In this document: positions 24,840 through 35,034 of the stretch, one piece after another
How the letters are laid out: each line of letters opens with the position of its first letter
Numbering within the stretch: position 1 is the first letter of the stretch
Origin: Verrucomicrobiales bacterium
Lineage (GTDB): Bacteria > Verrucomicrobiota > Verrucomicrobiia > Verrucomicrobiales > V1-33
Reading direction: 5' to 3'
Assembly (NCBI GenBank): GCA_031411295.1
Contig: JANOAV010000153.1
Coordinates: 1 to 44,809, forward strand
DNA: 44,809 bases
Program-made: the position numbers and the translations under genes
Notes under the pieces: generated by a model
Seen by the model: the letters and a program-made list of their open reading frames with translations, nothing else
What the model was told of the DNA's origin: nothing
Databases searched by the model: none

Positions 24840-27421
24840 TAGTCGATTTTTACGGGTGGAGGTTCCGGAAGATCGATCTTGGTCTTCTTGTCAATTTCGG
24901 GCGATTCCAAAATACCTCCCGAGGCCGCAGGAGTATCACTCACCGCTCTGGCCCTTGGCACCCGCGGGGCCCGCGTGACAATCTGCTCTGAGGCATAGGG
25001 GTCGCTGCCCACCACGATCGGTGCTTTGAGCACCACCGGGATTGGATTCCCTCCGGATTCAGGCTCCTTGGCTTTCTTATGAATTTTTTCCAGCACAATC
25101 TCAGGACGAGACATCGCTTCCTCCGGAATCACCCCTTCCCCCAAGTGAACGTCACACACTAAATCCAACTTAAACCCGGGTCGCACGAACTCCTTATAGA
25201 TAGTTTTCGCGTAAATCCGACGATTCGTATTCGGGTCTTCCACAATATTGAAACAACGATCCGTGGCGCGGAGTCCACTTGAGGCACAGAGTTCAACTTG
25301 TTGGATTTTTTCCGGGATCCCAAAAGGCTTGGGACTGCGTTTGGCGCTGATCGCATTCATCACATCCACCCAAATCGGCAGAGCACAGCGATTGGAGTAA
25401 GCGGACGGATACAACATTTCCGGCCTGTCCCGCAAGCCAGTCCAGACGGCACAGGTTACCTCACTGGAATATCCCGCAAATGTCAGGTCTTTGAAATCCA
25501 CGTGGGTTCCGGTCTTCCCGGCAAAATCGCCCTCCATGAGCTTGTATTCGTGTGCCACCGACCCGGTCCCGATTTCTAGACAGTCCTGGAGGCACGAGGT
25601 AATCATGAATGAGGTGATGTCGTCGGTTACCGGAACGGCTGGTTTGGGAATCGACTTCTCCCACAGCAGACGTCCGCCAGCATCGGTAATTTTAGTCAAG
25701 ATTGAGGTTCCACCGGGACGCTTCCCTCCATTCGGAAAGGTTGTATATGCCAAGGCCAGGTCACTGAGGGTGACCTCGCTGGTGCCAAGAATGGTTGAGG
25801 GGACATCCTTGAGCCCATCCAATCCTGCCTTGGTCGCAAACTCCCTCACCTTCGGCAAGCCAACATCCAACCCCAAACGGGCCGAAGCCCCGTTCATACT
25901 CTGAATTAGCGCTCCCCGAGCGGTAATCTTCGTGGGCAGGTCCGCCTGACCTTCCCTCCCCCACTCACCGAGAATCCCCTCGATACTGCCGACCATAATC
26001 CGTGAGTTATCGAACGGTTCCCCATTCAAACGCGTGCCCGGAAAGCTCTTTCCCTCAAAGGCTGCGGCATAGACGAAAGGCAAAAAGGCCGTGCCCGGAG
26101 CATGGCCCGGTTTCGACTCGGCAAGGTTGATTTTATTGTGCGCAAAATCCCGTCCGCCCACCATGGCCAAAATCTCCCCATTTTTGTTGTCGAGGAGCAC
26201 GACCGCCGCCTGTAAGTAAGCCGGATCTGGGCCAATCGCAGTGTTGGCATCGGGTCGATTCCGCAGGCTCTTCATAAACGCGTCAAAAGTCACCAGATAC
26301 GACTGGTAATCAACGCGTGGCTTTTCTTTATGCTCATCGCGTTGATTCACCTCCTTGAGAAATTCCACATACTCTTTGCGAGACTCAATTTCCTGCAGGC
26401 GCTTCTTGACACTATCTTCCGCCACCTTCTGCACCTCAGAGTCAATACTCGTGTAGATGTGCAATCCCTGCCCACCGATTTCATCGTAACCCAATTCCTC
26501 CAGAATTGGCCCCACCTCCGCGTGAATCTTATCCACGAGGTATCCCCCACCCTTATTGGCCTGGGTGGGATTCACCTTCACAGGCTGAGCCTTGTAGCCA
26601 TCCGCTTCCGCCAGCGACAGGAAATGCTCATCCACCATGCGTCCCAGCACTTGATCCCGATTCCGTTGGGCCGCCACTAAGTCCTTGAGCGGAGAATACT
26701 TGTCCGGGCTTTTGATCAGCCCGCAGATTGTGGCGGACTCTGACACATTCAGCTCCTTCACGGTCTTGCCAAAATAGCGCATGGCGGCGGCATTGACGCC
26801 CCAACAACCGCTGCCGAAGTAAATCCGATTGAGATACATTTCGAGGATCTCAGATTTCGTGTAATTCTCCTCAATTCGCTTAGCCAGAAAGACTTCTGTA
26901 ATTTTACGCTCTTTGGTCCGATCCAGCATCGTGCGATCTGCTTTGGAGAACGTTTGCCGCGCCAACTGCTGCGTGATCGTGCTCGCCCCCTGCGTTTGAC
27001 GGCCCGCCTTGAAATTCATGATCATGGCGCGGGCAATCCCCAGATAATCCACCCCGTGATGCTCAAAAAAACGACCGTCCTCGGCGGCTTGGAGACATTG
27101 GATAAAATGATAGGGAATGTCCTCGAATTGCACCGGCCGCCGCGCCTCCACCGCCAACTCCGCGATTTCTTTGCCAGTCCGGTCGTGGAGGATCGTGCTG
27201 ACCTCCAACTTCTTCATATCCATCAAGTTAAAGTCATTGGCCCGGAGCCGGAACTGCCGCAGCCACAGCATGATCCCGACGTAACTCGCCAAGCCGGCAA
27301 AAAGCAACGTGAGCAACAGCCCCCGAAACCAAGGACGTCGCCAAATCGGCAGCTTGGACCGGTTCCTGCGGATCACGGAAGTTGCTTGTTCAGGCTTAAT
27401 TTTGATAAGGTTTCCAATCAT
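24839..27421 (-). CDS. Class A penicillin-binding protein (transglycosylase plus transpeptidase-like domain)
   Basis: AEDGRFFEHHGVD, QGASTITQQLAR, ERKITE, ILEMYLNRIYFG; C-terminal domain has SMN and GKTGT, but PGTAFLP replaces SxxK. Confidence 0.92.
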   Translation of the reverse strand: MIGNLIKIKPEQATSVIRRNRSKLPIWRRPWFRGLLLTLLFAGLASYVGIMLWLRQFRLRANDFNLMDMKKLEVSTILHDRTGKEIAELAVEARRPVQFEDIPYHFIQCLQAAEDGRFFEHHGVDYLGIARAMIMNFKAGRQTQGASTITQQLARQTFSKADRTMLDRTKERKITEVFLAKRIEENYTKSEILEMYLNRIYFGSGCWGVNAAAMRYFGKTVKELNVSESATICGLIKSPDKYSPLKDLVAAQRNRDQVLGRMVDEHFLSLAEADGYKAQPVKVNPTQANKGGGYLVDKIHAEVGPILEELGYDEIGGQGLHIYTSIDSEVQKVAEDSVKKRLQEIESRKEYVEFLKEVNQRDEHKEKPRVDYQSYLVTFDAFMKSLRNRPDANTAIGPDPAYLQAAVVLLDNKNGEILAMVGGRDFAHNKINLAESKPGHAPGTAFLPFVYAAAFEGKSFPGTRLNGEPFDNSRIMVGSIEGILGEWGREGQADLPTKITARGALIQSMNGASARLGLDVGLPKVREFATKAGLDGLKDVPSTILGTSEVTLSDLALAYTTFPNGGKRPGGTSILTKITDAGGRLLWEKSIPKPAVPVTDDITSFMITSCLQDCLEIGTGSVAHEYKLMEGDFAGKTGTHVDFKDLTFAGYSSEVTCAVWTGLRDRPEMLYPSAYSNRCALPIWVDVMNAISAKRSPKPFGIPEKIQQVELCASSGLRATDRCFNIVEDPNTNRRIYAKTIYKEFVRPGFKLDLVCDVHLGEGVIPEEAMSRPEIVLEKIHKKAKEPESGGNPIPVVLKAPIVVGSDPYASEQIVTRAPRVPRARAVSDTPAASGGILESPEIDKKTKIDLPEPPPVKID

Positions 27422-27457
27422 TAAAAGGCGAAGTCGAAGAGGGTCAGGGAAGAGGTC

Positions 27458-27889
27458 TCAAGGGGCGTCCTCTCGGTTACGGTCCGGGCTGCGATCCTCT
27501 TTCAAGCCACGCAGCATCAGCCCCAATCCGGCGGCAGACATCCCCAACATCAGCAGCAGTTGGCTCGTCTTCATGTGAAACATAAATTGCAAACGGCTCA
27601 AAATTTCCACGGCTATGATCGCCAAGCCACCCCACAAAAATCCCCAGCCCATTTTCCATTTGGCATTGTAAAACAAAAGCACTACGCCCAGCAGAAAAGG
27701 CACGAACACCACTCCAGTGGAAACGGTGCGCCAACCGCCCTGACCGATCATCCATTGGCTGACCATGCCGGCGCCCCCGGAGACCACATCCACCGAGTCG
27801 AGCAGCAAATAGATTCCCAAGGCCGTGAGCGTTAAGCCCAAGCCTGCCAGAAATGGGGCCGTGCCGCCCTCGGTGCCTCCGGGTTTCAT
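27458..27889 (-). CDS. Hypothetical membrane protein (4 TM)
   Basis: 143-aa hydrophobic ORF, GGTEGG N-terminal motif. Confidence 0.75.
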   Translation of the reverse strand: MKPGGTEGGTAPFLAGLGLTLTALGIYLLLDSVDVVSGGAGMVSQWMIGQGGWRTVSTGVVFVPFLLGVVLLFYNAKWKMGWGFLWGGLAIIAVEILSRLQFMFHMKTSQLLLMLGMSAAGLGLMLRGLKEDRSPDRNREDAP

Positions 27890-28010
27890 AAGTCTGCCAG
27901 CTTAAAAGACGCTGGTAACGTGGCAATGATAAAGTTTCACGAATCTTGATGATTTCCGTCCTCGCTGCGGGCAATGGCAGCACCAACCATGACCCAAAGC
28001 CACTGAACCG

Positions 28011-28316
28011 CTAAGTGGTGCGACGGCGGAGCATCAGGATATACCCGAACAGGGCCAAGAACGCCGCACCCGCCGATTCCGGCACGGAAGTTGACGTCTG
28101 CGCAGCGATTACTTCAGCAGGGTTAACCACCGCATCAGCATTCACCGAAGCTAGCACCGGACTTTGCAAGTCCATGGGTTCCAGCACCACCGAAGGCACT
28201 GCCGGAGCGGCGGCTTCCGGGGACAAAGTTGAAGACAACACCGATCCATCGGTGACCGATGCCGCAAAGGACATCGACCCGAATGCAATCAGGCCGAGCA
28301 AGAGGAGAGCTTTCAT
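28011..28316 (-). CDS. Small PEP-CTERM-like sorting-signal protein
   Basis: Signal peptide; C-terminal VPES plus hydrophobic helix plus RRR. Confidence 0.75.
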   Translation of the reverse strand: MKALLLLGLIAFGSMSFAASVTDGSVLSSTLSPEAAAPAVPSVVLEPMDLQSPVLASVNADAVVNPAEVIAAQTSTSVPESAGAAFLALFGYILMLRRRTT

Positions 28317-28568
28317 AACAAGGTCACGCTGGAGTTAAGGGGAATTTAGCGTGTATTTAATGGTAATAAACCACATTTCTGGCCCTTCAGTCAAGAAATT
28401 AGCAGCACCGAGGTGATTTTTTCACAAAATTTTACTGGAATCGATCTACCCTCGTCCTGCTGATTTCGACGATGCCCTTCGAAACTGAGCTTTTTCCTGG
28501 CCAACAACTCCATTTCTCGCTACGGTCTTTTCGTCGATCCGAATTTTCACTACCAAATCCACCCTTCG

Positions 28569-30515
28569 ATGAATTATCTCGTAATCCTCTGTGGGCTCTT
28601 ATTGCCCGTTGCCTGCCTGAACGCTAAAACTTCAACCGCACCCGAGGAATCGCGCCCTCCCTCCACCGAATTGGAGATGAGAAATTTCCTCAATCGCCAC
28701 GTGGTGCTCATTCCCCAGGAAGGCCTCGCGATTGAGCCCTACGATTACTATTTCAGCCAGGGCCTGCTTAAGTGGGACAAGTTGACATCGTTGCAGGTGA
28801 TGGATCCGGGTCCCAAACCCGAGTTAGGGAAAGACAACATCATCGACAAAGCCGCACTGAAGCAAGCCCTCAAAATTTGGCAACCAAAGGCGGATCGCTG
28901 GAATGCCGCAATGGACGCTAGTGGCTTCAAAGGAGCCGCTCCGGTGGTGAATCCCGCCGCTGGCCGGGGCCGGGCTTTTGTTTTCCGGGATTTTGTCGTC
29001 CCGCGGATGCTGGATCAAGCCGAGCGGGAGAAGCGGCAACCGCTCATCTTCGTCCATGGCGGCATGAACACGCTCAAGGGGGCCATTGAGCGAGCCTATG
29101 CCCTGACTCCGGTAATGAAGCAGGACGGTTACTATCCCATCTTCATTTGCTGGAACTCCTCTCTCATCAGTAGTTGGTGGCAGCACATCGTGAGCACTCG
29201 CAACGGGCGCGATGGATCGGGAGACACCCTGCTCATGAAGTCGATTACCGTGCCCACCTATCTGGCCACCGACATCGCCACTTCGGTCGTCAGACTGCCC
29301 CGCAGTTTGCTGGATCTGACCCGCTCCACCACCAAGCCGCACTTTGAGAACGATTACCCCGAAGTGCAGGATTCCCTGACGCGATTCCTGGCCCTGCGCA
29401 ACGCGATGCAGGCTGCGGGCGGCAGTGCCCGCCCCAGCGGCTTCTGCGAAGGCAATGCGCTGGCACTGGTGAAACGCATCAACAGTTGGAGAAGCCTGGA
29501 CCGCGCTGAGCCGATCAGCTTGGATGATCTCAATCTCAGTCTGGCCCGGGGCTGGACCTCGGTGCATCGCGATCCCAGTTCGAGCAACTGGCGGCCCATT
29601 GATGTTTCGTTGGGGCGGGATACGCGGAAATTCGGCATGGATACCCTGACCCGTCAACTGGGCGGTTGGGGCTGCTTCCCCAGCAAGTTGCTCGTGATCG
29701 GGGCCTTTTCCGGAGCGGGCTCGGAGGCCTGGGGCGTCATGCTCCGCCGGGTGGAAATGATGTTTCACCATGAGAACAGCTACCAACCTGGAGTGGGGTC
29801 GGCCAAATTTTCCGCTGGTTCCTCGCACTATAACGAGACCAACCCGGATACTCGCAGGAGTTCCTCCACTGGCGTTGGCGCATTGGCGGTTTTGCTCAGG
29901 GAAATCGAGAGCCGTCAAAAATCAGGCCGCCTCGGCCCTGTCACCTTGATCGGCCATAGCATGGGGGCCATCGTTTCCAACCGAGCCCTGGCAGAGTTTC
30001 CGAGCATCAACTATCAACGCGTGGTTTACCTCGCGGCAGCTGCCAGCGTCATCGACACCCATACCAGCGTCGTTCCCTACCTCCAGGCGCACCCGCAAAC
30101 CCATTTTCACAACGTCTGCCTCCATCCCCGAGCCGAAGAACTGGAAGGTTCCTGGAGCCAACGCTGGTGGGGCGAATTCGTGCCCCGCGGCAGTCTGCTG
30201 GTGTGGATTGATGATTTACTCAACAATCCGAGAACCCTGCAGGAGCGAACCATGGGATCATTCGAGAATGCCCTGCTTGCTTCCAGCCTTTTTCCCCCTG
30301 CCATCCAGGGCCAAATGCACATGACCGCTTTGTCAGTCGGCCCCTACCCCATCATCGCCAATAACAAGGAAACGATCGAATCCGCCCAAACTCATGGCAG
30401 CTTTGGCGACCACAAATTCTGGCAATCGGGCTTCGCAACCGAAGCCGGGAACAAAGCGCGCACCCCGTATGCACTGAGCGATGAGGAGAAACCCAAGAAA
30501 ATCCCCCACCCCTAA
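28569..30515 (+). CDS. Exported alpha/beta-hydrolase-fold protein
   Basis: Signal peptide, LIFVHGGMN, TLIGHSMGA, VYLAAA, THGSF. Confidence 0.75.
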   Translation: MNYLVILCGLLLPVACLNAKTSTAPEESRPPSTELEMRNFLNRHVVLIPQEGLAIEPYDYYFSQGLLKWDKLTSLQVMDPGPKPELGKDNIIDKAALKQALKIWQPKADRWNAAMDASGFKGAAPVVNPAAGRGRAFVFRDFVVPRMLDQAEREKRQPLIFVHGGMNTLKGAIERAYALTPVMKQDGYYPIFICWNSSLISSWWQHIVSTRNGRDGSGDTLLMKSITVPTYLATDIATSVVRLPRSLLDLTRSTTKPHFENDYPEVQDSLTRFLALRNAMQAAGGSARPSGFCEGNALALVKRINSWRSLDRAEPISLDDLNLSLARGWTSVHRDPSSSNWRPIDVSLGRDTRKFGMDTLTRQLGGWGCFPSKLLVIGAFSGAGSEAWGVMLRRVEMMFHHENSYQPGVGSAKFSAGSSHYNETNPDTRRSSSTGVGALAVLLREIESRQKSGRLGPVTLIGHSMGAIVSNRALAEFPSINYQRVVYLAAAASVIDTHTSVVPYLQAHPQTHFHNVCLHPRAEELEGSWSQRWWGEFVPRGSLLVWIDDLLNNPRTLQERTMGSFENALLASSLFPPAIQGQMHMTALSVGPYPIIANNKETIESAQTHGSFGDHKFWQSGFATEAGNKARTPYALSDEEKPKKIPHP

Positions 30516-31516
30516 TACCGTCCCTTGCGCGGCCCGCTCAGCCAATTCCAAGCCGCCTGCACCATGTCTCGCGGGTCCTTGTGCTTCGCTTCCCAGCCGA
30601 GCACCGCTTTGGCCTTGGCAGGATTGCCCACCAACTCCGGCGGATCGCCATCGCGACGCGGCCCGTAGGTGACGGGGACTTTCTGCCCAGTCACGGATTC
30701 AGCTAAATCAATGATTTCCTTCACGCTGGCACCTTTGCCGGTGCCCAAATTGCACGCTGTGGATGGATTCCCCGCCCGCAAATATTTCAGCGCGGCGGCG
30801 TGAGCCTCGGCCAAGTCGATCACGTTGATGTAATCGCGGATGCAGGTTCCGTCCGGCGTGGGGTAATCCGTGCCGAAGACCGTGAGCGCTGGCACTTCGC
30901 CCGTGATGGCCATCAGCGTGCGTGGGATCAGATGTGTTTCCGGAGTGTGATCCTCCCCGATCAACCCGTCGGGCGAACCACCGCTGGCGTTGAAATACCG
31001 TAGCGCCACGGATCGAAGTCCCCAGGCGGATTCACTATCGAAGAGCGCCCGCTCCAGCATCAGCTTACTGGCGCCATAGGGATTGATCGGCTGCTGTGGA
31101 TGCAGCTCGTCCATCGGCATGTATTGCGGATTCCCATAGGTGGCACAGGTGCTGGAAAGAATGAACTGATGGCAACCGTGAAGTTGCATCGCTGCCAGCA
31201 ACACCAACGGACGAGCGAAATTGTTGTCATAATATTTCAGCGGCTCCACCATCGATTCCCCCACCGCCGCATAGGCCGCGAAATGCAGCACCGCTTCAAT
31301 CTCGTGCTCAGAGAAAATTTCCTCCAGCAGCACCGCATCCCCCAAATCCCCCACGATCAGTTCCACCCCAGGCGAAATAATCGCCTCCCGATGCCCCAAC
31401 TCCAGCGTATCGAGCACAATGATTTTCTCCCCAGCTTCCGCCAGGACCCGCACCGTATGGGAACCAATATAACCGGCCCCGCCGGTCACTAAGAGCGCTT
31501 TCGATTTAACAGACAT
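30512..31516 (-). CDS. galE: UDP-glucose 4-epimerase
   Basis: LVTGGAGYIGSH, HFAAYAAVGES, PINPYGASK, LRYFNASG, DGTCIRDYI. Confidence 0.95.
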   Translation of the reverse strand: MSVKSKALLVTGGAGYIGSHTVRVLAEAGEKIIVLDTLELGHREAIISPGVELIVGDLGDAVLLEEIFSEHEIEAVLHFAAYAAVGESMVEPLKYYDNNFARPLVLLAAMQLHGCHQFILSSTCATYGNPQYMPMDELHPQQPINPYGASKLMLERALFDSESAWGLRSVALRYFNASGGSPDGLIGEDHTPETHLIPRTLMAITGEVPALTVFGTDYPTPDGTCIRDYINVIDLAEAHAAALKYLRAGNPSTACNLGTGKGASVKEIIDLAESVTGQKVPVTYGPRRDGDPPELVGNPAKAKAVLGWEAKHKDPRDMVQAAWNWLSGPRKGRY

Positions 31517-31661
31517 GGCGCGGAAGATGGGGCAACGAAGCGCTGCCGCAAGGGGCAATATGCGGCTAGTAAACGCCCGCCTGGATCCACCCAGCCGGAA
31601 ACCAGCCCAAAGCCCATCGCGCTCGACCATGGCGATGGCCTAACGAACGACTACCCGCTCT

Positions 31662-31860
31662 CTCATAAATCCTCAGTCCTCTGTCCTCTGCTTCTCTGCG
31701 TTAAAATTTCAACAAGATTAGCAAACCACCCGAAAACACCCTCATTACTAACACCCCTACAAACTGCCGGTTGATGCGGAATATTTTCAACGCAGAGAGG
31801 CAGAGAAGCAGAGGGCAGAGAAGGCAGAAACGAGGAGAAAAAACGCCTCGCCTCATGCAA
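31662..31860 (+). repeat. Internally deleted copy of the adjacent GxxExxY cassette (inverted repeats plus gene ends only)
   Basis: CTCTGTCCTCTGCTTCTCTGCGTTAAAAT ... ATTTTCAACGCAGAGAGGCAGAGAAGCAGAGGGCAGAG enclosing diverged first and last ~30 nt of the GxxExxY gene. Confidence 0.8.
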
Positions 31861-31968
31861 ATGGGAAGTGTTGCGACTCTCCCATCTGTCTAGGACTGGT
31901 CGTCAGGCCGCCCCTTGACGAATACCAATGCCCCAACGAACGGTTCCTCTTTTCTTACCTCATAATTC

Positions 31969-32455
31969 CTCTGTCCTCTGCTTCTCTGCCTCTCTGCGTT
32001 AAAATCCCAACATGATGAGCAAACTGCCCGAAAACGTCCTCAGCCAAATCATCCTAGATGCTGCGATCGAAGTGCACCGCGTCATGGGTGGTCCGGGCTT
32101 ATTGGAGTCCGTGTATGAAGAGGCCCTGTGTGAGGAACTGCGGCTCCGTGGTCATAAAATTATACGGCAGGAATCCGTGCCGCTCATTTACAAAGGTCGG
32201 AAGTTAGCGACTCCATTGCGCTTGGACATCCGCGTAGATAACTTGGTCTTGATCGACTGCAAAGCGGTGGCACAGTGGAACGCAATCTTTGAAGCTCAGA
32301 TGTTAACATACCTACGACTAACCGGATTGCGACTCGGGTTGGTTATCAATTTTGGCGAGCGTCTCGTGGCCAGTGGCTTTAAGCGAGTGGCGAACGGACT
32401 GCCGGTGGATGCGGAATATTTTCAACGCAGAGAGGCAGAGAAGCAAAGGGCAGAG
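31969..32455. repeat. ~37-bp inverted repeats flanking the GxxExxY gene (31969-32005 and 32418-32455)
   Basis: The reverse complement of the left arm matches the right arm with one inserted base and two mismatches. Confidence 0.85.
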
Positions 32456-32470
32456 CAGGAAGAGGGATGA
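32012..32470 (+). CDS. GxxExxY family protein (PD-(D/E)XK-like)
   Basis: AAIEVHR..GGPGLLESVYEEAL, LRLDIRVDN, DCKAV, AQMLTYLRLTGLRLGLVINFG. Confidence 0.93.
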   Translation: MMSKLPENVLSQIILDAAIEVHRVMGGPGLLESVYEEALCEELRLRGHKIIRQESVPLIYKGRKLATPLRLDIRVDNLVLIDCKAVAQWNAIFEAQMLTYLRLTGLRLGLVINFGERLVASGFKRVANGLPVDAEYFQRREAEKQRAEQEEG

Positions 32471-32647
32471 AACGGGGGGCAAAAACCACCTCGTTTCCGC
32501 AAGATGAAAAGGGCGCTTCCAAAGCCCCACTTGAGAGTTTATACATCCCCGCATTTCCTAACCCGCAGCGGACCGAATTCCCTTGTCAGGACGAGCTTCA
32601 CCCGCGAAACTAAATCCGAGCTAGCCCCACCATTCCAAATTCAGATT

Positions 32648-34645
32648 ATGCATCCGCTAACAGTCCTCAGAAACGCCCTCTTCGGATACTTCATCGCAGT
32701 TGCCACCACCACGCTCCCCGCGGCAGATAAGGGTAGCTCAGGCCTCACTTCCGATTGGTCCATTCGCACTTATCGGCTCCAGCCAGAGGATTTACTCGAA
32801 CTCCCCGCATCGCCAGAATCGAACCCAGATCCATTCGGAGTGCCTAGCCAAAAACCACCAGCCCCCAAACCGCCAGAACTCCCAGATTTCACCGTCCCCA
32901 TCCCGTTCGCAACGGCCTCAGAGGTTGAACAGATGGTCTTCATCAAATCCTGCACCGACCGCCTCCTGCAAGCACTCAAATCGTCAAAGCTCACCGTGCC
33001 CGAAGGCGCACTCTTTGCCTACGACGCCAATTCCTTCACGCTCTCTGTTCGCGCTAACACGACCTACCACCACCGACTGGCGGCCACCGAATCTTGGCGA
33101 AGCGAGGCCAAGACATCCCACATGAATTTCCGTCTGGATATCCTTGAGACGGACGCAGCAACCATGCGCGCAGCAGTTCGATCCGCAGCAACGAAAAGTG
33201 ACCACACCTCCATTTTACAAGATCTGGAAGCTCGCGCAGATCAAGGACTGGCGCAGCGGATTACTTCTGTTAAACTCGATACCAAAAGGAACCAGCGAGC
33301 CCATCTCTCGACGGGCGCGGAAAACTGGGAAACCACCGCCTTTTCCTTGGATGAGAAATTGCGCCCCTCATTCACCAAATCGCCAGTTAAGGCAGGCATG
33401 GATCTAGAAATCGATGCATTCTCCAGCGACGATCACACCGGAATTGATCTAACGTATGCGCTCACCTACGATTACGCCCCACCCACGAAGGAGTGGGCCA
33501 CCGTTCCGATCCCGGCCCCCCGGCCGTTGCTGGTCCCGGTCTATCAGCATCGGAAAACAGCGAGCAATTCATCCATCGCGATGAAACAAGGAAGCGTGCA
33601 ATTGCTCAACGTATGGTCAACTGACGAGACCATTCGTGAACCAAAGTCGCTGCAAGCCGCATTTCTGCATGGGAACATCGTTATCCTTCGGCCACTGGTG
33701 AATCCTTCGGTCGAAGCGATGCTCAGGAAATGGAGCGAGCAGATCTCCCCTGCTCCAAAGCTGCCTCCTGAGCAGGTTAAAAAATCACAACCAGAGGCCA
33801 TGCAATGGCGGAGATTCCGTTTCCCAAGCGGTTGTCGCTTCGGGCCGGATGCAAACATCGATCCGCAGCCAAGCCCGGCATCGCTCAGAGAAATCCTGAC
33901 AACCCTTGGAGTAGAATTTCCTCCTGGAGCCACGATTGAGCATACGAGTGAAAAACTGAGATTTGCTTTCTATAACACTCGGAAAAACCTAGACTTCTTG
34001 GAGCACCGAATTCTTGAAATCAGCGATCATGAGTCACACCCAATCGTGACCACACTCCAAATCATTCAAGCCGACGCCAAGCTACTCAGGAAGCTGGAAC
34101 AAGAGATGGCAGACTTATCAGACCACACCGCCGCATGGCAGTCGATTGAAGCTGCGGCGGCTCATGGCCAAATCCAATTTCTGAGCACACAACCATTAAC
34201 AACCAAGGATGGACAAAGAGCCAAGACCTCCACTGGGGAGGAAAAAACGCTGGTAGGGCTAAAGCCGGGGCCCGATCCAAAGCAACCTACCTTTGAAAGT
34301 GCCTACGACAGCAATTTGATCGGCACCAGCCTAGAAGTCGATCCAGTGCTCGATAGCGATGGACTCACGGTAGATTTAGCCTTGGCTTTCTCCTTTGACT
34401 ACGCTCCCCCCACCGATACGCCGCGTCCAGCGGGCAACCCTGGCAAAAACGCCCTACTCCTCGGTGGGCCAGAGCAAACCCTCCACCGCTTTAGCCTCAG
34501 CACCAGCCTTACCCTGTCAGCCGGTCAGCCCCGGCTCCTATCCATTTGGAAACCAGATGTTACACCCGCTGAAAAGCCCTCTGCCGCCCCCGCCGATGTC
34601 CTCCAAGCCGCGTTCATTCGCGTGGATCTGATACCCTTGGAATAG
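32648..34645 (+). CDS. Hypothetical exported protein with two secretin-C-terminal-like repeats
   Basis: Signal-like start MHPLTVLR; two copies of G..LE(I/V)D.....D...(I/V)DL......DYAPPT...L(L/Q)L..W...LQAAF. Confidence 0.65.
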   Translation: MHPLTVLRNALFGYFIAVATTTLPAADKGSSGLTSDWSIRTYRLQPEDLLELPASPESNPDPFGVPSQKPPAPKPPELPDFTVPIPFATASEVEQMVFIKSCTDRLLQALKSSKLTVPEGALFAYDANSFTLSVRANTTYHHRLAATESWRSEAKTSHMNFRLDILETDAATMRAAVRSAATKSDHTSILQDLEARADQGLAQRITSVKLDTKRNQRAHLSTGAENWETTAFSLDEKLRPSFTKSPVKAGMDLEIDAFSSDDHTGIDLTYALTYDYAPPTKEWATVPIPAPRPLLVPVYQHRKTASNSSIAMKQGSVQLLNVWSTDETIREPKSLQAAFLHGNIVILRPLVNPSVEAMLRKWSEQISPAPKLPPEQVKKSQPEAMQWRRFRFPSGCRFGPDANIDPQPSPASLREILTTLGVEFPPGATIEHTSEKLRFAFYNTRKNLDFLEHRILEISDHESHPIVTTLQIIQADAKLLRKLEQEMADLSDHTAAWQSIEAAAAHGQIQFLSTQPLTTKDGQRAKTSTGEEKTLVGLKPGPDPKQPTFESAYDSNLIGTSLEVDPVLDSDGLTVDLALAFSFDYAPPTDTPRPAGNPGKNALLLGGPEQTLHRFSLSTSLTLSAGQPRLLSIWKPDVTPAEKPSAAPADVLQAAFIRVDLIPLE

Positions 34646-34940
34646 GCTAACCATCCGTTTCGCAAATTTCTGCCACATGAGCCCACACTTGCGCCCGCTG
34701 CTGAGAACCTACTGGCTGCCGCTGCTGGGTTACATCGCGTGCTTGGGCTTTGTGACCTGGTGCAGCGGGATCGCTTCGGTTTCTTTCGGCCAGACTCTTG
34801 CCATGGATCGAGGCCGATGGAAAAACTCCATCCTGCAAAAATCTGCGCTCGGTCGCATCCTTAACAATCGTGTTCTCGTAAAATTTAGGATTAATTAATA
34901 CCCCCCCCCAGCCGACACATTTTATTTAATTCCGGAAAAT

Positions 34941-34957
34941 TTGGCGCGGTCACTGCT
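34941..34957 (+). promoter_or_regulatory. Probable sigma-54 (-24/-12) promoter of gltB
   Basis: TTGGCGCGGTCACTGCT versus consensus YTGGCACGRNNNTTGCW (2 mismatches, correct GG/GC spacing), ~78 bp before the ATG of a nitrogen-assimilation gene. Confidence 0.55.
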
Positions 34958-35034
34958 TGATTATTTTCAGGGCCGTTCCATTACTTGCCCCCCCATTTTT
35001 TTCAGTCCCCCCTTAAAGATATTAGAAAACACCC

